Assembly: GCF_006345805.1 (NCBI RefSeq)
Contig: NC_043013.1
Coordinates: forward strand, 22,878,001 to 22,942,000
Length of the DNA: 64,000 nucleotides
From: Octopus sinensis
Taxonomy: Eukaryota
Direction: 5' to 3'
Below, one piece after another: positions 40,936-52,767 of the stretch. The notes beneath the pieces were generated by a model. That model was not told the DNA's origin. It ran no database searches and worked only from the letters and a program-made list of their open reading frames with translations. Position numbers and translations under genes: made by a program. Numbering within the stretch: position 1 is the first letter of the stretch; each line of letters starts with the position of its first letter.

Positions 40936-43380
40936 ATACTTAAGCAGTGTTGTATTGGTAATGTTTTTATTTACTTTGTAATGAACTCTCTCTCTCTCTC
41001 TCCTTGTCTACTAATGTACTTCATATTGCAATATGCACACACTACGTACAGCCACAAACTTACACACACACATGCACGGACTGAATGCTCCTGCATAAGA
41101 AACAGAAAGCATCGACCGAAAATAATTATAGGCAAAACCAAAACTGAAGACATTAATTTTTGCCATTTGTGCCATTTGTGAGGGAATCTCTTTAAGATAT
41201 TATGTTCCCATAATGCACGAAGTGGTCGTCAGAGCAAGCTGGAATAGATTACAATAGCGCCCATTTTGAACATTGTGGCCTCAGATAAAAGCCTGCAAAA
41301 CTTTGGGGTTGGAGAGGTGAAATGTGTAATGCAGTTAAGATAACGTTTGATTTGCGTTTAGAAAATATCATAATAAGTCAAAATAAACCATAATGAATCA
41401 TAATAATTTATAATTCAGAATAAAAATAAAAGCTGTGCAGACTCACTCGACTCAGATTCAATGGGAGGACATTAGAAAGATTATTTTGTGTTTTAAAGGT
41501 TAATTTATGACGCTATAAATCTGAAAGGGTTAAAATATTAAAGTTTTCGGGTTAGAATAATAACATCCCGAATTTCCTCTGGGAAAATATCTTGTGTTCT
41601 AAGCCCAACAATAGCAAACTACAAACGAAGTTAATTATTCTTGATGGTTCTTCTTTATCGACTGTTGAAATAAAAGCGTTCTCTTCAATCAATTTACTTC
41701 ACTGCTTTTGAATTCATTCCTTGTGACCAAATCCAATGCTTTGTTTGTTGTTTTTAGTTTCTATGCAAAAGAGAACAAAAATTCAAAACTGTAGCGTGTT
41801 TAAGATAGAGAAAACGCGTTTTTAATAAAAGGATTTTGTAACTGGAAAAAAATATAATTCTTCAGTACTTTGGGCAACAACATTTCTCTGAATAGCACCA
41901 TTCTTCTACTGAAATAGAAGTGTTGGTTCCTAAATGTCAGAAAATTTAGAGATGAAACTTCAAGAAAACATAGAAAAAAGTCGTAAATTCATGATAAAAG
42001 TTAGTGGGTATTTGCACTTGACAAAGAATGGCCATACTAGAAAATGTTGAAGAACCATCTAATTATTCAGAACATTTAAGAATAAAAGGTGATTTCTATC
42101 TTCCGGAATGGTTCGATAAGTTGGCACAGATATATACCTTAGTGACTATTTTTAAAAAATTGGTTCTGATCTCTGACGATTAACCTTATAAAGCATGGGC
42201 AAGATGAAATAAACACAAACATTTTTGAGAGACAAAAAGGTTTAATATTTGTTGCATTTGTTGGTATAGCCCAGCTTTTGGACATCAGGTGCTTTGTGGC
42301 CATAGCTTTCACATAATACGAGTACATTTTTTCTTACCATTTATAATATCTAGTGATATTGCCTTATCTGCAACGGGTATTCTTTTGCTGGAGGATTTTG
42401 AATGGGTAATCGATCGTCACCTTGATGCTTTGTTGAACAGAGTTTCCGATATGATATTTTCTATATTATTGTTTACCATTCCTTGGGTGTTATCTGGGGT
42501 GTTTACCATTCTTTGAGTGTCATCTTGGGTTATTTTAATTTCAATGTTTATGTCATCGACATAATAAAAGTGTAGTAACAGAGTGAGACTTCTCAATTAG
42601 GTATAGTTTGGGCTTCTTACCACACATTTGAAATGCTTGACCGCGATTCCGGAAACACCAACACCAATAGCTGCATCCTTCTCTTGGTAATATCTATAAC
42701 TAAATTTGACTATGAGCGTGTTCTTTTGATATCGTTTGTATACGGGTCACATTGCTAGTATCCCCTTTATTTGGTCGTAAACTGTTGGAGTCTGGGTAGG
42801 TTCAGTCCATTCTTCCAACGTTCAATAGGGGACTTTATAGGTGGGTAATGTGGACTGGTCAATATTGTTGTGGTCTGGAGAGGCGCCAGGATTGTTTAAA
42901 TATTTATTGTCACATGAAGGTTTTATCAAAAGTTGGTATCAACAAAACGAAACATTATATTACTTTCGTAAATTATCTACAGACACTTTTCTACAGCAAA
43001 ATCAATATTAATTGACAGATCTATAGATCTCTTGATGTTACATTTATGCTACATGTAATATAATCTTGGCGGTCGAAGGATTTTCTTTCCTGGTAGGTAA
43101 TAGTGATTGGCTTCCTAGTTCCGGTCAGACAGGACAAAAGGTCTTTCAGATCGTGTTCAAGTATCTGTTATCGCGAAACATTATACCACTTTCACAAATT
43201 ATCTGCACACGCTTTTCTACACCAAAATCAATATCATTCGGTTGCACTTAGAAGGTTTTCAGAGCAGAGAAGGACGTATAAGAAATATTTCTATTTGTGG
43301 GATTCAGTGAGAGGATGAGGAGCAGATTTATGGACGTGTGGAGGGGGGGGCGATTCTAGCTTCATACGTTGAGAAGAGAA

Positions 43381-43655
43381 GGTATGCGCCTAGTAGTTCG
43401 GATGTGTTGCACTCACGAATGTAATTCCGTTGTTTCGGTCTCCGGACCGAGCACCGCATTGTACTCTTCTGAAAAACACCTCGTTCCTCATTGCCCCAGG
43501 CCACTCAGCTGCAAATGAGTTCCAGTGATATCTAGAAAGTTAAGCCTGGGATGGACTGGCATCTCATCCAGAGTGATGGGTGTGTTGTCATCTCAATCAC
43601 GGAAACTGAGTTACTTTACGGCCTTATGAATCCTCGGGCTCATAACACGCCTCAA
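43381..43655 (+). mobile_element. Old tRNA-derived SINE (Meta/V-domain-like)
   Basis: Decayed A/B boxes, ccactcagctgcaaatgagt, gatggactggcatctcatccag, cggaaactg. Confidence 0.6.
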
Positions 43656-44000
43656 CCTTCTTCATTCACTGATGTGTGTCATTGCTTGTGATCCGGAAGT
43701 CGTTTGCAGTATGTCGCCATTTTGAATGAACAAAGTTCCACCACATTTTTATATAAAAAGTTTAGCGATGTTGTCGTGATTTTGTGTTATTATTTTCCTC
43801 ATGTCGTACATTGAGTGGCCATATTTGAACAAACTCTTTAGTTTCATTCTACAAGACTTATTTGTAAAGAAGCTTACAGTGTCCATATTTTTGTTGAACG
43901 TCTCTGACTCCGATACCAGAGCGGTTCACACACTCACTTTTTATGTACTCCAATGTCTTAAAGCCTCTTCATCTGTGTTGTGGTGAAATCCTGACATCTC

Positions 44001-44800
44001 TGTGGGATAGCAAGTTAATTGTCCTAAACCTTATAAAGGCGCATGCGTACTGACCTTATAAAGGCGCATGCGAGGTACAGTGTGGTGTGTGCAGTCGCAT
44101 TTGTGAAGGCAGTCGTAGAAGTCGTTGAGAAGAAATATAAGTTTGTTGTGTGTTCGTTACTGATTTAGTGTTTGTAGTGTTATAACACTGTTACAGTGTA
44201 GTCTATATCCAAAGCCGAGGATATAAGAGTGACAACAAGACATTCGAAGCTCACTATGGACGTTCTTAGCATGGAAGACCTATTAGCTTCCGTGGTACAG
44301 TTGGAACGGTAACTATAACAAGAAGAACAACAGCAGCAACAGTTGCAACGGCAACTACAACAGCAACAACAAGAACAACAGCTACAACAACAACAACAAC
44401 AACAACAACAACAGCAACAACAACAACAACAACAACAACAGGAAAAATCAACAGTTGTTGGAATTATTGTTGCTGTCCAAAAAACAAATCAGGTTCTTTT
44501 TCTGCTAATTCGATCGAAGAATTTACTTATAATCCAGAAGAAGGGATTACGTTTTCTGCCTACTTCAGAAGATATGAAGGAATCTTCAAAGAAGAATGAA
44601 GAAACGGGACAGACGAAAAGAAGGTATGACTTATTTTAAGGAAATTATCACCTGCAGAACATAAAAAGTATTGTAATTACATCCCGCAGAGAAAACCATC
44701 CGAAATTTGTTTCGAGGAAACAATTAACCTGTTATCTAAAACATTCAGTGAAATAAGTTCATTATTCAATCTCCGTTGGGAGTGTCTGAATTTGTAAACA
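44001..44800 (+). mobile_element. Gypsy (Mag-type) LTR retrotransposon 5' end: LTR, decayed PBS, polyQ-containing gag pseudogene
   Basis: TG-initiated LTR ~44001-44228; tgacaacaag resembles PBS tggcgacgag; gag SIEEFTYNPEEGITFSAYFRRYEGIF...LILRKLSPAEHKKYCNYI...ETINLLSKTFSEISSLFNLRWECLNL with stops. Confidence 0.8.
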
Positions 44801-44812
44801 AAGAGAGAAACG

Positions 44813-45010
<198 letters not shown>

Positions 45011-45205
45011 AAAGAGTGAAATAAAAAAGATGGGATTGACGAATATGTTTCCAATCAAAATTATTAAAAATTAATTCAATCTTAATATCCAACTTAAAGT
45101 AGACATCTTGTTAGAACAGCGAATAATGCATCATTAGCCCTGAGAAACCATCTCATGTTGGTGCATTAAAGCACACACAAAGATCGTCTGTTCTGGTCAT
45201 CCGAA

Positions 45206-45251
45206 CTTCCATATAACATGGTTTCAGTCTACTGGGCATCATCAGTGGAAG
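45206..45251 (-). ncRNA. Degenerate type I hammerhead ribozyme
   Basis: Minus strand: cuucca CUGAUGA ugcccaguagacu GAAA ccauguua UA uggaag. Confidence 0.5.
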
Positions 45252-45557
45252 GCGTCCGGTCGACGCACAATAGGCAAATCTCGCTGCTATGATAAACAGA
45301 ATATTAGCTTTTTTCAGACACGGGTTAGCCGGCGGTTCTCGTTTGCTATTATCTATGTGTGTACGTTTATACACTAAGACCCTATGTGAGAGGCTCTCTC
45401 ACGGCTAATAACGAAGTATTCGGTGTTCTAGCAAGACATCCACGTTACATTGGGTATAAATATTGCCATTTGCTACTTGTACAGCTTCCGTCGCTAATAA
45501 TTAAGTTTTAATAAGTCTGTTACCTATTTGTAATATCAGTGTCTGAAAAGATGCAAA

Positions 45558-45696
45558 TGTCCAATATATTGTGGCAGCGAGATTTGTCCAATATATTGTG
45601 GCAGCGAGATTTGTCCAATATATTGTGGCAGCGAGATTTGTCCAATATATTGTGGCAGCGAGATTTGTCCAATATATTGTGGCAGCGAGATTTGTC
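45558..45696. repeat. 27-bp minisatellite, 5 copies
   Basis: (gtccaatatattgtggcagcgagattt)5. Confidence 0.95.
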
Positions 45697-45717
45697 TGTT
45701 ATGCGATGACTGGATGC

Positions 45718-45763
45718 CTCCCACTGATGATGTCTAGTAGACTGAAATTATGTGATATGAGAG
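45718..45763 (+). ncRNA. Type I hammerhead ribozyme, partly decayed
   Basis: cuccca CUGAUGA u-gucu-agu-agac-u GAAA uuauguga UA ugagag; AUA site. Confidence 0.55.
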
Positions 45764-46423
45764 TTCAGGCACCCATAACAGATGAATCTCCTCTGCTACG
45801 TTCTATGTGTGTGTGTTTTATGTACCAAGTGCTTATAAGAGAGGTTCTCTCAAGGCTACAGATGCAAAATTCCTATGTTGCTGCTTGAAAGAGTGGAAGG
45901 AGATGATTATGATGCTCCGAACATTGTGTTATATGGAATATAAACTCTGAGTGGGAAGAGAAGAAGAAAAGACGATCAACAATAGAAAGGAAAAGTCCAG
46001 TAGGAATGCACAAGTGTATTGTTGGTTTACATCGTTGGCGTGGACCGATTGAAAGTAACGAACCGACCTTGAGTGATATTCAAGAACAGAAGAAGGATGC
46101 GGGGGTGACGTGTAGTAGAACAGTGCTTGTGTGTGTGTATGAGTGTGAATGTATACATCAGTGTGTGGGAAAGTGTACACTCATCTGTGGGTGTGTGTCT
46201 GTATGTCAGTATCTGTGTGTCTGTGTGATTCTGTACGTATCGTATTGTTTGTGCGTAAGTCGTAAGTATATACCTGTTAAATCGTATTGCGATGGCGGGT
46301 TTGCGTGGTAGTGTCGATGTGTCTGTCTACGCACATACATATTCCCCCCATATATATATATATATATATGTATGTATGCTATATATACATTTATAGATTC
46401 ATACATATGTGTGTCTATGTGTG

Positions 46424-46510
<87 letters not shown>

Positions 46511-46524
46511 GTGTGTGTGTGTGT

Positions 46525-46591
<67 letters not shown>

Positions 46592-47859
46592 ACATATGTA
46601 AAATCATTGTAATGGAAATATATACTTCATGAAATTTTATAGTCGCTTTCAGATGCTTCTAAAACTTCGTCTAGCATTTAATGTAATTACCGAAGATTGG
46701 TTCTTTCGAAATATTCCAAAGATATTAACTGAAATGCCAGGAACAATATCTTAAATAATGAACTTATTTTAGATAAGAAATTTCTCGATAAATTCTTTAG
46801 ACTTGAAATACTTGTCATTATGGCGAATAATTTCCTTCCAGCTGTGTACCGTAGTTGTTGGCTTTCAATATTGGAGTTTCTTTCAAAATACACATAAATT
46901 CACAAAATTTTCAACGTTTCAAACACACATACACACACACACACACACACGTAAATTGTGACCGGCCACCTACTTGCTAGCAAGGTTCTAAAGGAAAGCA
47001 ACGGATTTTGTTTATAATCATTTAAATCTTAAGGCCTTGCAGAAGATGTTATGAGAAATTACCAACGAGAAACATCTGTATTCACTCTATCCCTGGTAAC
47101 GTCTTTCCCTGTATATATATATATATATGCAGGGAAAATGTGATTTTTTAAACAAATGAACCGCACTTCATATTTGAGGCCCTGTTATTCAGGCACTCAG
47201 ATGTAAGGCAAGAGAATAATGTCACATCTCATTTTTTCCAGAGCGCATGAATGTTGGTCAGTATTTCCATGAAGGTACAGATTTTTAGGGAAAATCCCAA
47301 GTAAACGCAGACAGTATTTTGAATGTTATATTCATATTGTAAATGAGTATATTGAGCGGGAAAATATGGTGGACATAAATGGGTTTAGTGGGTGGGTGGG
47401 TGGGTGGTGTATGAGAGAGAGGAGGGTGGAAAGAGAGAGAGGGGAAAATAATAAAAGAATAAGATAGTGGTAAAAGGGTAAAAAAGGTAAGAGGGTAAAA
47501 GTATAAATGAAAATAAAATATAAATAGTAATAAAAATAATAAGATAAAAGTAAAGATAATGATGGATATATCATAAATGTGTTTTGTGAGTGAGTGTGAG
47601 TGGGAGAGAGGAGAAAGTGAGAGAGAGGGAGAGAGGAGAAAAGGAATAAAAATAAAATAAGATAGAGATAATAGGGTAAAAAAAATATAAATAAATAACA
47701 GTAAAGGTGATGATATAGATATGTGAGTATTGTATGGGGCTTAGAGGTCAAACGTTAAAGTTTCAGTAGAGTGGGGCTGGAAATTCAATCTAGGTCCGGT
47801 TATAAGGACAATAGTTTAGTGCAGATATTGAAAATTGCATTTCAAGTTTAATAGCAATT

Positions 47860-48130
47860 AAATTATACCATAAACCTAATCAATACCTCAGATATTTTAG
47901 CATAGACACTACAATAAGCCTAATCAATACCCCAGAGGCATTAACAAAGACTCCAATTACCATAAATCTACCTTCGATAGTGTAATAAAAGGCATATCTA
48001 TCCGGATATCTGATCTCTTGGCCACAGAGGAAATCTTCAATAACCACGCTACATACTATAACCAGGCGCTCTCTGGCAGCGGCTTCCCCCAGCAAATTGA
48101 ATTCATGGCAAGCACCAGGCTTAAAAAAAC
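47860..48130 (+). mobile_element. Penelope-like RT thumb fragment
   Basis: HYNKPNQYPRGINKDSNYHKSTFDSVIKGISIRISDLLATEEIFNNHATYYNQALSGSGF resembles PLE Y.KP....YI...SNH......I...IS.RIS.LS...EIF......YN.AL..SG. Confidence 0.7.
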
Positions 48131-48339
48131 ACACTGCTAAACTCAGTCCCCAAGTGTCACGCCCCACTACTGGGCAAATAAGCCATTCCACTATACATAG
48201 ACAAACTAAAACACCCGCTAGAAACTTGGAAGGACTTCGGGTAAGACACTCTCGTCAGCCCTATGCCCACCCGTATAACACCCGACCGAAACTTGTCAAG
48301 TTTTGGCACACGGCCAGCAAATTTGGGGACGGGGCTAGG

Positions 48340-48505
48340 TGACACCCCTCCCTCCCAATAATCATGTGGTACTGCTTTTATCAATTCCAAAAGGATGAAA
48401 GGCAAAGTTGACCTCAGTAGAATTTGAACTCAGAACATATAGATGGATAAAATACTTCTAAGCATTTTGCCTGGTGCAGTTACAATCCTGCTAGCTTGCC
48501 ACATT
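48340..48505 (-). mobile_element. Family-1 SINE, diverged
   Basis: aaaggatgaaaggcaaagttgacctcagtagaatttgaactcagaac. Confidence 0.8.
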
Positions 48506-48928
48506 AAGAACACCAATAAGATTAAGCAGAATTATTATATCCTGTGTTTCTTAAGGTTGTTGGATGTGAATTGAAGGAGATTTAGCTATAAAGTAAATCT
48601 GACCCCATAAAAACAAAGAAATCAGTGACAGGCAAAGTCTGTAACAATGTATATCTTCTTGAAAAGCTTAGTAACTACTATGCAGGAGCAAGAACTGAAT
48701 GTTCTTTGTCTATCTCCTTAACTTCTTGGAGATTTTAGGTATAATTATAGTAATGTGTCCATCTGTTCTAATTTAATTAAATTCTATGTTTTTGAGAAGC
48801 TGAAGATTGCTCTGCATCTTAAACTGATGTAATGATTGCATTGTTCAATTAAATGGAGTTGCATGAAATGATCGTACTGCATTACCTCTAGATATCTTTG
48901 TTGCTTATTTTGATTTTAATCATATATA

Positions 48929-48981
<53 letters not shown>

Positions 48982-49191
48982 GGCAAAAAAAAAAATTTTG
49001 TAGAATTTTTTGCCACCAGCGGCCTAGTGGGAAAAATTAAATAGTCATAGACCATTTTTAAGTTCAACATCAACAATCAAGGAACGGCCATAATAGGCCA
49101 TTCACCCACTAGAAATAACAGCCAAAGCTTCAACCGCAAATAAAAGTCAATTCCGTAAACAGGAGAAAATTTAAAAAACATTTACCCTGTA

Positions 49192-49298
49192 ATTTCTTAT
49201 ACGATGCACCGTTTCATCTGCTGTTTAATGGTAAACTAATCTGATTAAATTAAATCAAGCCAATCTTCCATAGGCCCTCAGATTCTTCAGTAAGAAAT
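49192..49298 (-). ncRNA. Type I hammerhead ribozyme A (long stem II), inverted copy
   Basis: Reverse complement of 49339-49445 with one substitution. Confidence 0.85.
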
Positions 49299-49338
49299 AG
49301 CCACAAGTCGGAACAGATATCTGTTCCGACTTGTGGCT

Positions 49339-49445
49339 ATTTCTTACTGAAGAATCTGAGGGCCTATGGAAGATTGGCTTGATTTAATTTAATCAGGTTA
49401 GTTTACCATTAAACAGCAGATGAAACGGTGCATCGTATAAGAAAT
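49339..49445 (+). ncRNA. Type I hammerhead ribozyme A (long stem II)
   Basis: auuucuua CUGAAGA aucug[long hairpin]cagau GAAA cggugcaucg UA uaagaaau; predicted cut after A49437. Confidence 0.88.
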
Positions 49446-49830
49446 TACAGGGTAAATGTTTTTTAAATTTTCTCCTGTTTACGGAATTGACTTTTATTTG
49501 CGGTTGAAGCTTTGGCTGTTATTTCTAGTGGGTGAATGGCCTATTATGGCCGTTCCTTGATTGTTGATGTTGAACTTAAAAATGGTCTATGACTATTTAA
49601 TTTTTCCCACTAGGCCGCTGGTGGCAAAAAAATTCTACAAAATTTTTTTTTGCCACCCTATATTGATTAATTATGAATTTTCTGGTTAATTCCGTAATGG
49701 AATCGACGGCTTATATTTATTTGCTGCCGATAAATTTGGCGCGAGTGCGATGATTTGAAAATTTTAGGTCAGATATTACCTTGGCAGGGTCGGAGATGCC
49801 TCGTGAAAATATATGTTCCGACTTGTGGCT

Positions 49831-49937
49831 ATTTCTTACTGAAGAATCTGAGGGCCTATGGAAGATTGGCTTGATTTAATTTAATCAGGTTAGTTTACCA
49901 TTAAACAGCAGATGAAACGGTGCATCGTATAAGAAAT
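49831..49937 (+). ncRNA. Type I hammerhead ribozyme A, second tandem copy
   Basis: Same sequence as 49339-49445, 492 bp downstream; predicted cut after A49929. Confidence 0.88.
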
Positions 49938-50056
49938 TACAGGGTAAATGTTTTTTAAATTTTCTCCTGTTTACGGAATTGACTTTTATTTGCGGTTGAA
50001 GCTTTGGCTGTTATTTCTAGTGGGTGAATGGCCTATTATGGCCGTTCCTTGATTGT

Positions 50057-50124
<68 letters not shown>

Positions 50125-50350
50125 GTATAATTAATCAGTTTAGGGTAGCAAAAAATTCAGTAAAAATTTATCGCTACCAGCGGCCTAGTGGAAAAGAGAA
50201 AATAGTCAAAGACTAAATATGTATAAATATAACAATTTAGGAATGGCCTAAACAGGCCATTCGTCCACCAGAAAGAGCAGCCAGAACTCCAACCGCCAAG
50301 TAGTGTAATTCGGAAATAAGGTGAAAATTTAAAAACATTTACCTAATTCA

Positions 50351-50451
50351 TCTTTTATACGATGCATCGTTTCAGTGTCTTTAATGATAGACCAGCTTAA
50401 TTAAATTAAATTAAGCTAGTCTACCATAGGTCACACTTCATCAGTAAAAGA
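50351..50451 (-). ncRNA. Type I hammerhead ribozyme B, inverted copy
   Basis: Reverse complement of 51207-51307. Confidence 0.87.
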
Positions 50452-50732
50452 AACCTGGGAGAGACGGATATACACGAGGCAACTGTATCAATGCCTCGGG
50501 AATATCTGTCTTAAAATTTTCAAGACCAACGCATTCGCGCCAAACTTATCGGCAGCAAATATAAACTGCCGATTCAATCTCAGAATTAGTCAGAAAATTA
50601 TCAATTAATCAATTTAGGGTAGCAAAAAATTCAGTAAAAATTTATCGCTACCAGCGGCCTAGTGGAAAAGAGAAAATAGTCAAAGACTAAATATGTATAA
50701 ATATAACAATTTAGGAATGGCCTAAACAGGTT

Positions 50733-50833
50733 TCTTTAACTGATGAAGTGTGACCTATGGTAGACTAGCTTAATTTAATTTAATTAAGCTGGTCTATCAT
50801 TAAAGACACTGAAACGATGCATCGTATAAAAGA
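50733..50833 (+). ncRNA. Type I hammerhead ribozyme B
   Basis: ucuuuaa CUGAUGA agugu[long hairpin]acacu GAAA cgaugcaucg UA uaaaaga; one stem I mismatch; predicted cut after A50826. Confidence 0.83.
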
Positions 50834-51206
50834 TGAATTAGGGTAAATGTTTTTAAATTTTCACCTTATTTCCGAATTACACTACTTGGCGGTTGGAGTT
50901 CTGGCTGCTCTTTCTGGTGGACGAATGGCCTGTTTAGGCCATTCCTAAATTGTTATATTTATACATATTTAGTCTTTGACTATTTTCTCTTTTCCACTAG
51001 GCCGCTGGTAGCGATAAATTTTTACTGAATTTTTTGCTACCCTAAATTGATTAATTGATAATTTTCTGACTAATTCTGAGATTGAATCGGCAGTTTATAT
51101 TTGCTGCCGATAAGTTTGGCGCGAATGCGTTGGTCTTGAAAATTTTAAGACAGATATTCCCGAGGCATTGATACAGTCGCCTCGTGTATATCCGTCTCTC
51201 CCAGGT

Positions 51207-51307
51207 TCTTTTACTGATGAAGTGTGACCTATGGTAGACTAGCTTAATTTAATTTAATTAAGCTGGTCTATCATTAAAGACACTGAAACGATGCATCGTA
51301 TAAAAGA
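51207..51307 (+). ncRNA. Type I hammerhead ribozyme B, second tandem copy
   Basis: ucuuuua CUGAUGA agugu...acacu GAAA cgaugcaucg UA uaaaaga; predicted cut after A51300. Confidence 0.88.
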
Positions 51308-51425
51308 TGAATTAGGGTAAATGTTTTTAATTTTCACCTTATTTCCGAATTACACTACTTGGCGGTTGGAGTTCTGGCTGCTCTTTCTGGTGGACGAATG
51401 GCCTGTTTAGGCCATTCCTAAATTG

Positions 51426-51473
<48 letters not shown>

Positions 51474-51951
51474 ATATACATACACACACACACACACACA
51501 CACACACCATACATACATATAAAGAAATATACAGAATTATCTGTAAGTGGAACAGTAAAAATATGCAATGCTTTTATTAAGTTTAAAATGTGACTGCGTT
51601 TCTGTAATCTCCATTCCAACGGTGAGGCTTTGTGTCTTTGTTTGAAACCCGCTTCTTCCTGAGAGGAAGAATTTAAATAATTGAAAACAGAAGAGATCAT
51701 CCATCCATAAATACATACATACTGACGTGCACACACACACAACACACACACCACACACATGGGTGCGGGCGCGTACACACCCACATATGTGAATATATCG
51801 CCTTCTGTTGAGAATAATTACCAAAACTCTCAGGAGACTAAAAAATATACAAACTTATTTAGATGTGCAGAAGCATATATAATAATGCTCAGGCGTGTGT
51901 GTTTTCTGGTTTTGTATGTATTTCTACGCATATATACATGTGTGTTTGTAT

Positions 51952-51989
<38 letters not shown>

Positions 51990-52016
51990 TCAAACGCAAA
52001 CTCACGCTTATGTATA

Positions 52017-52063
<47 letters not shown>

Positions 52064-52245
52064 ATATATATTATATATATTATATATTATATATATATTA
52101 TATATATATTATATATATATATTATATATATATATATGTATATATATTATTATATATATATGTATATATATTATTATATATATCTATATATATTATATAT
52201 ATATATATATATACTCATATGCATAAATAAACACGAGTTTATAGA

Positions 52246-52320
<75 letters not shown>

Positions 52321-52704
52321 TAATGTGTATGTGTGTGTCTTCAGAGTTACTCGTAATTATTCTCAAGAATCTATGATATTGATGTATATTATATATGCAC
52401 GTGTGTGTCTAAGTGTATGGACGTATGTAGATATCCATGTCTGTATTCGTTCGATGTTATGAGCATGAGGTTATGCATAGGCGTGGGTGTATTCGTGCCT
52501 GCATCGTATTTATAATTAATGAAGTGTTAAATTTATAGGTCTAGTAATCAAGCTTCTAATTCCTATCTGATATTGATTTTTCTGTATCGTTATTTATTTG
52601 GGAAGAAGCATTAATGTTCAAAAAACATTCTTATGATACTCGGCGTGGATGTGACGAAACATGCACCACACACACATATATGCACAAACATATTTTCTGT
52701 CTGC

Positions 52705-52767
<63 letters not shown>

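Larger units (their letters stand above)
45100..45886. mobile_element. Old HHR-bearing repeat: inverted copy (45100-45325) followed by >1 tandem unit (45340-45886)
   Basis: Reverse-complement similarity between 45120-45320 and 45540-45880; tail ctatgtgtgt...gagagg.tctctca.ggcta occurs twice on the + strand. Confidence 0.7.
48976..50060. mobile_element. Retrozyme-like element A: 492-bp monomer; ~340 bp inverted copy fused head-to-head to 1.5 tandem units, in (TA)n
   Basis: Palindrome centre cagat|atctg at 49318/49319; tgttccgac at 49322 and 49814 gives period 492; three HHRs; no ORF. Confidence 0.88.
50129..51427. mobile_element. Retrozyme-like element B: 474-bp monomer; ~1.3 units inverted plus ~1.5 units forward, in (TA)n
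   Basis: Repeat starts at 50131/50605 and CTGATGA at 50740/51214 both give period 474; strand switch at ~50727-50730 via cagg microhomology; three HHRs. Confidence 0.88.

Noticed and set aside
45558-45696. 27-bp repeats as a CRISPR array
   Set aside because: Contiguous identical units with no spacers, no cas genes, eukaryotic context
47035-47085. cagaaga...gaaacatctgta as a hammerhead
   Set aside because: Core deviates and stem I partner is absent
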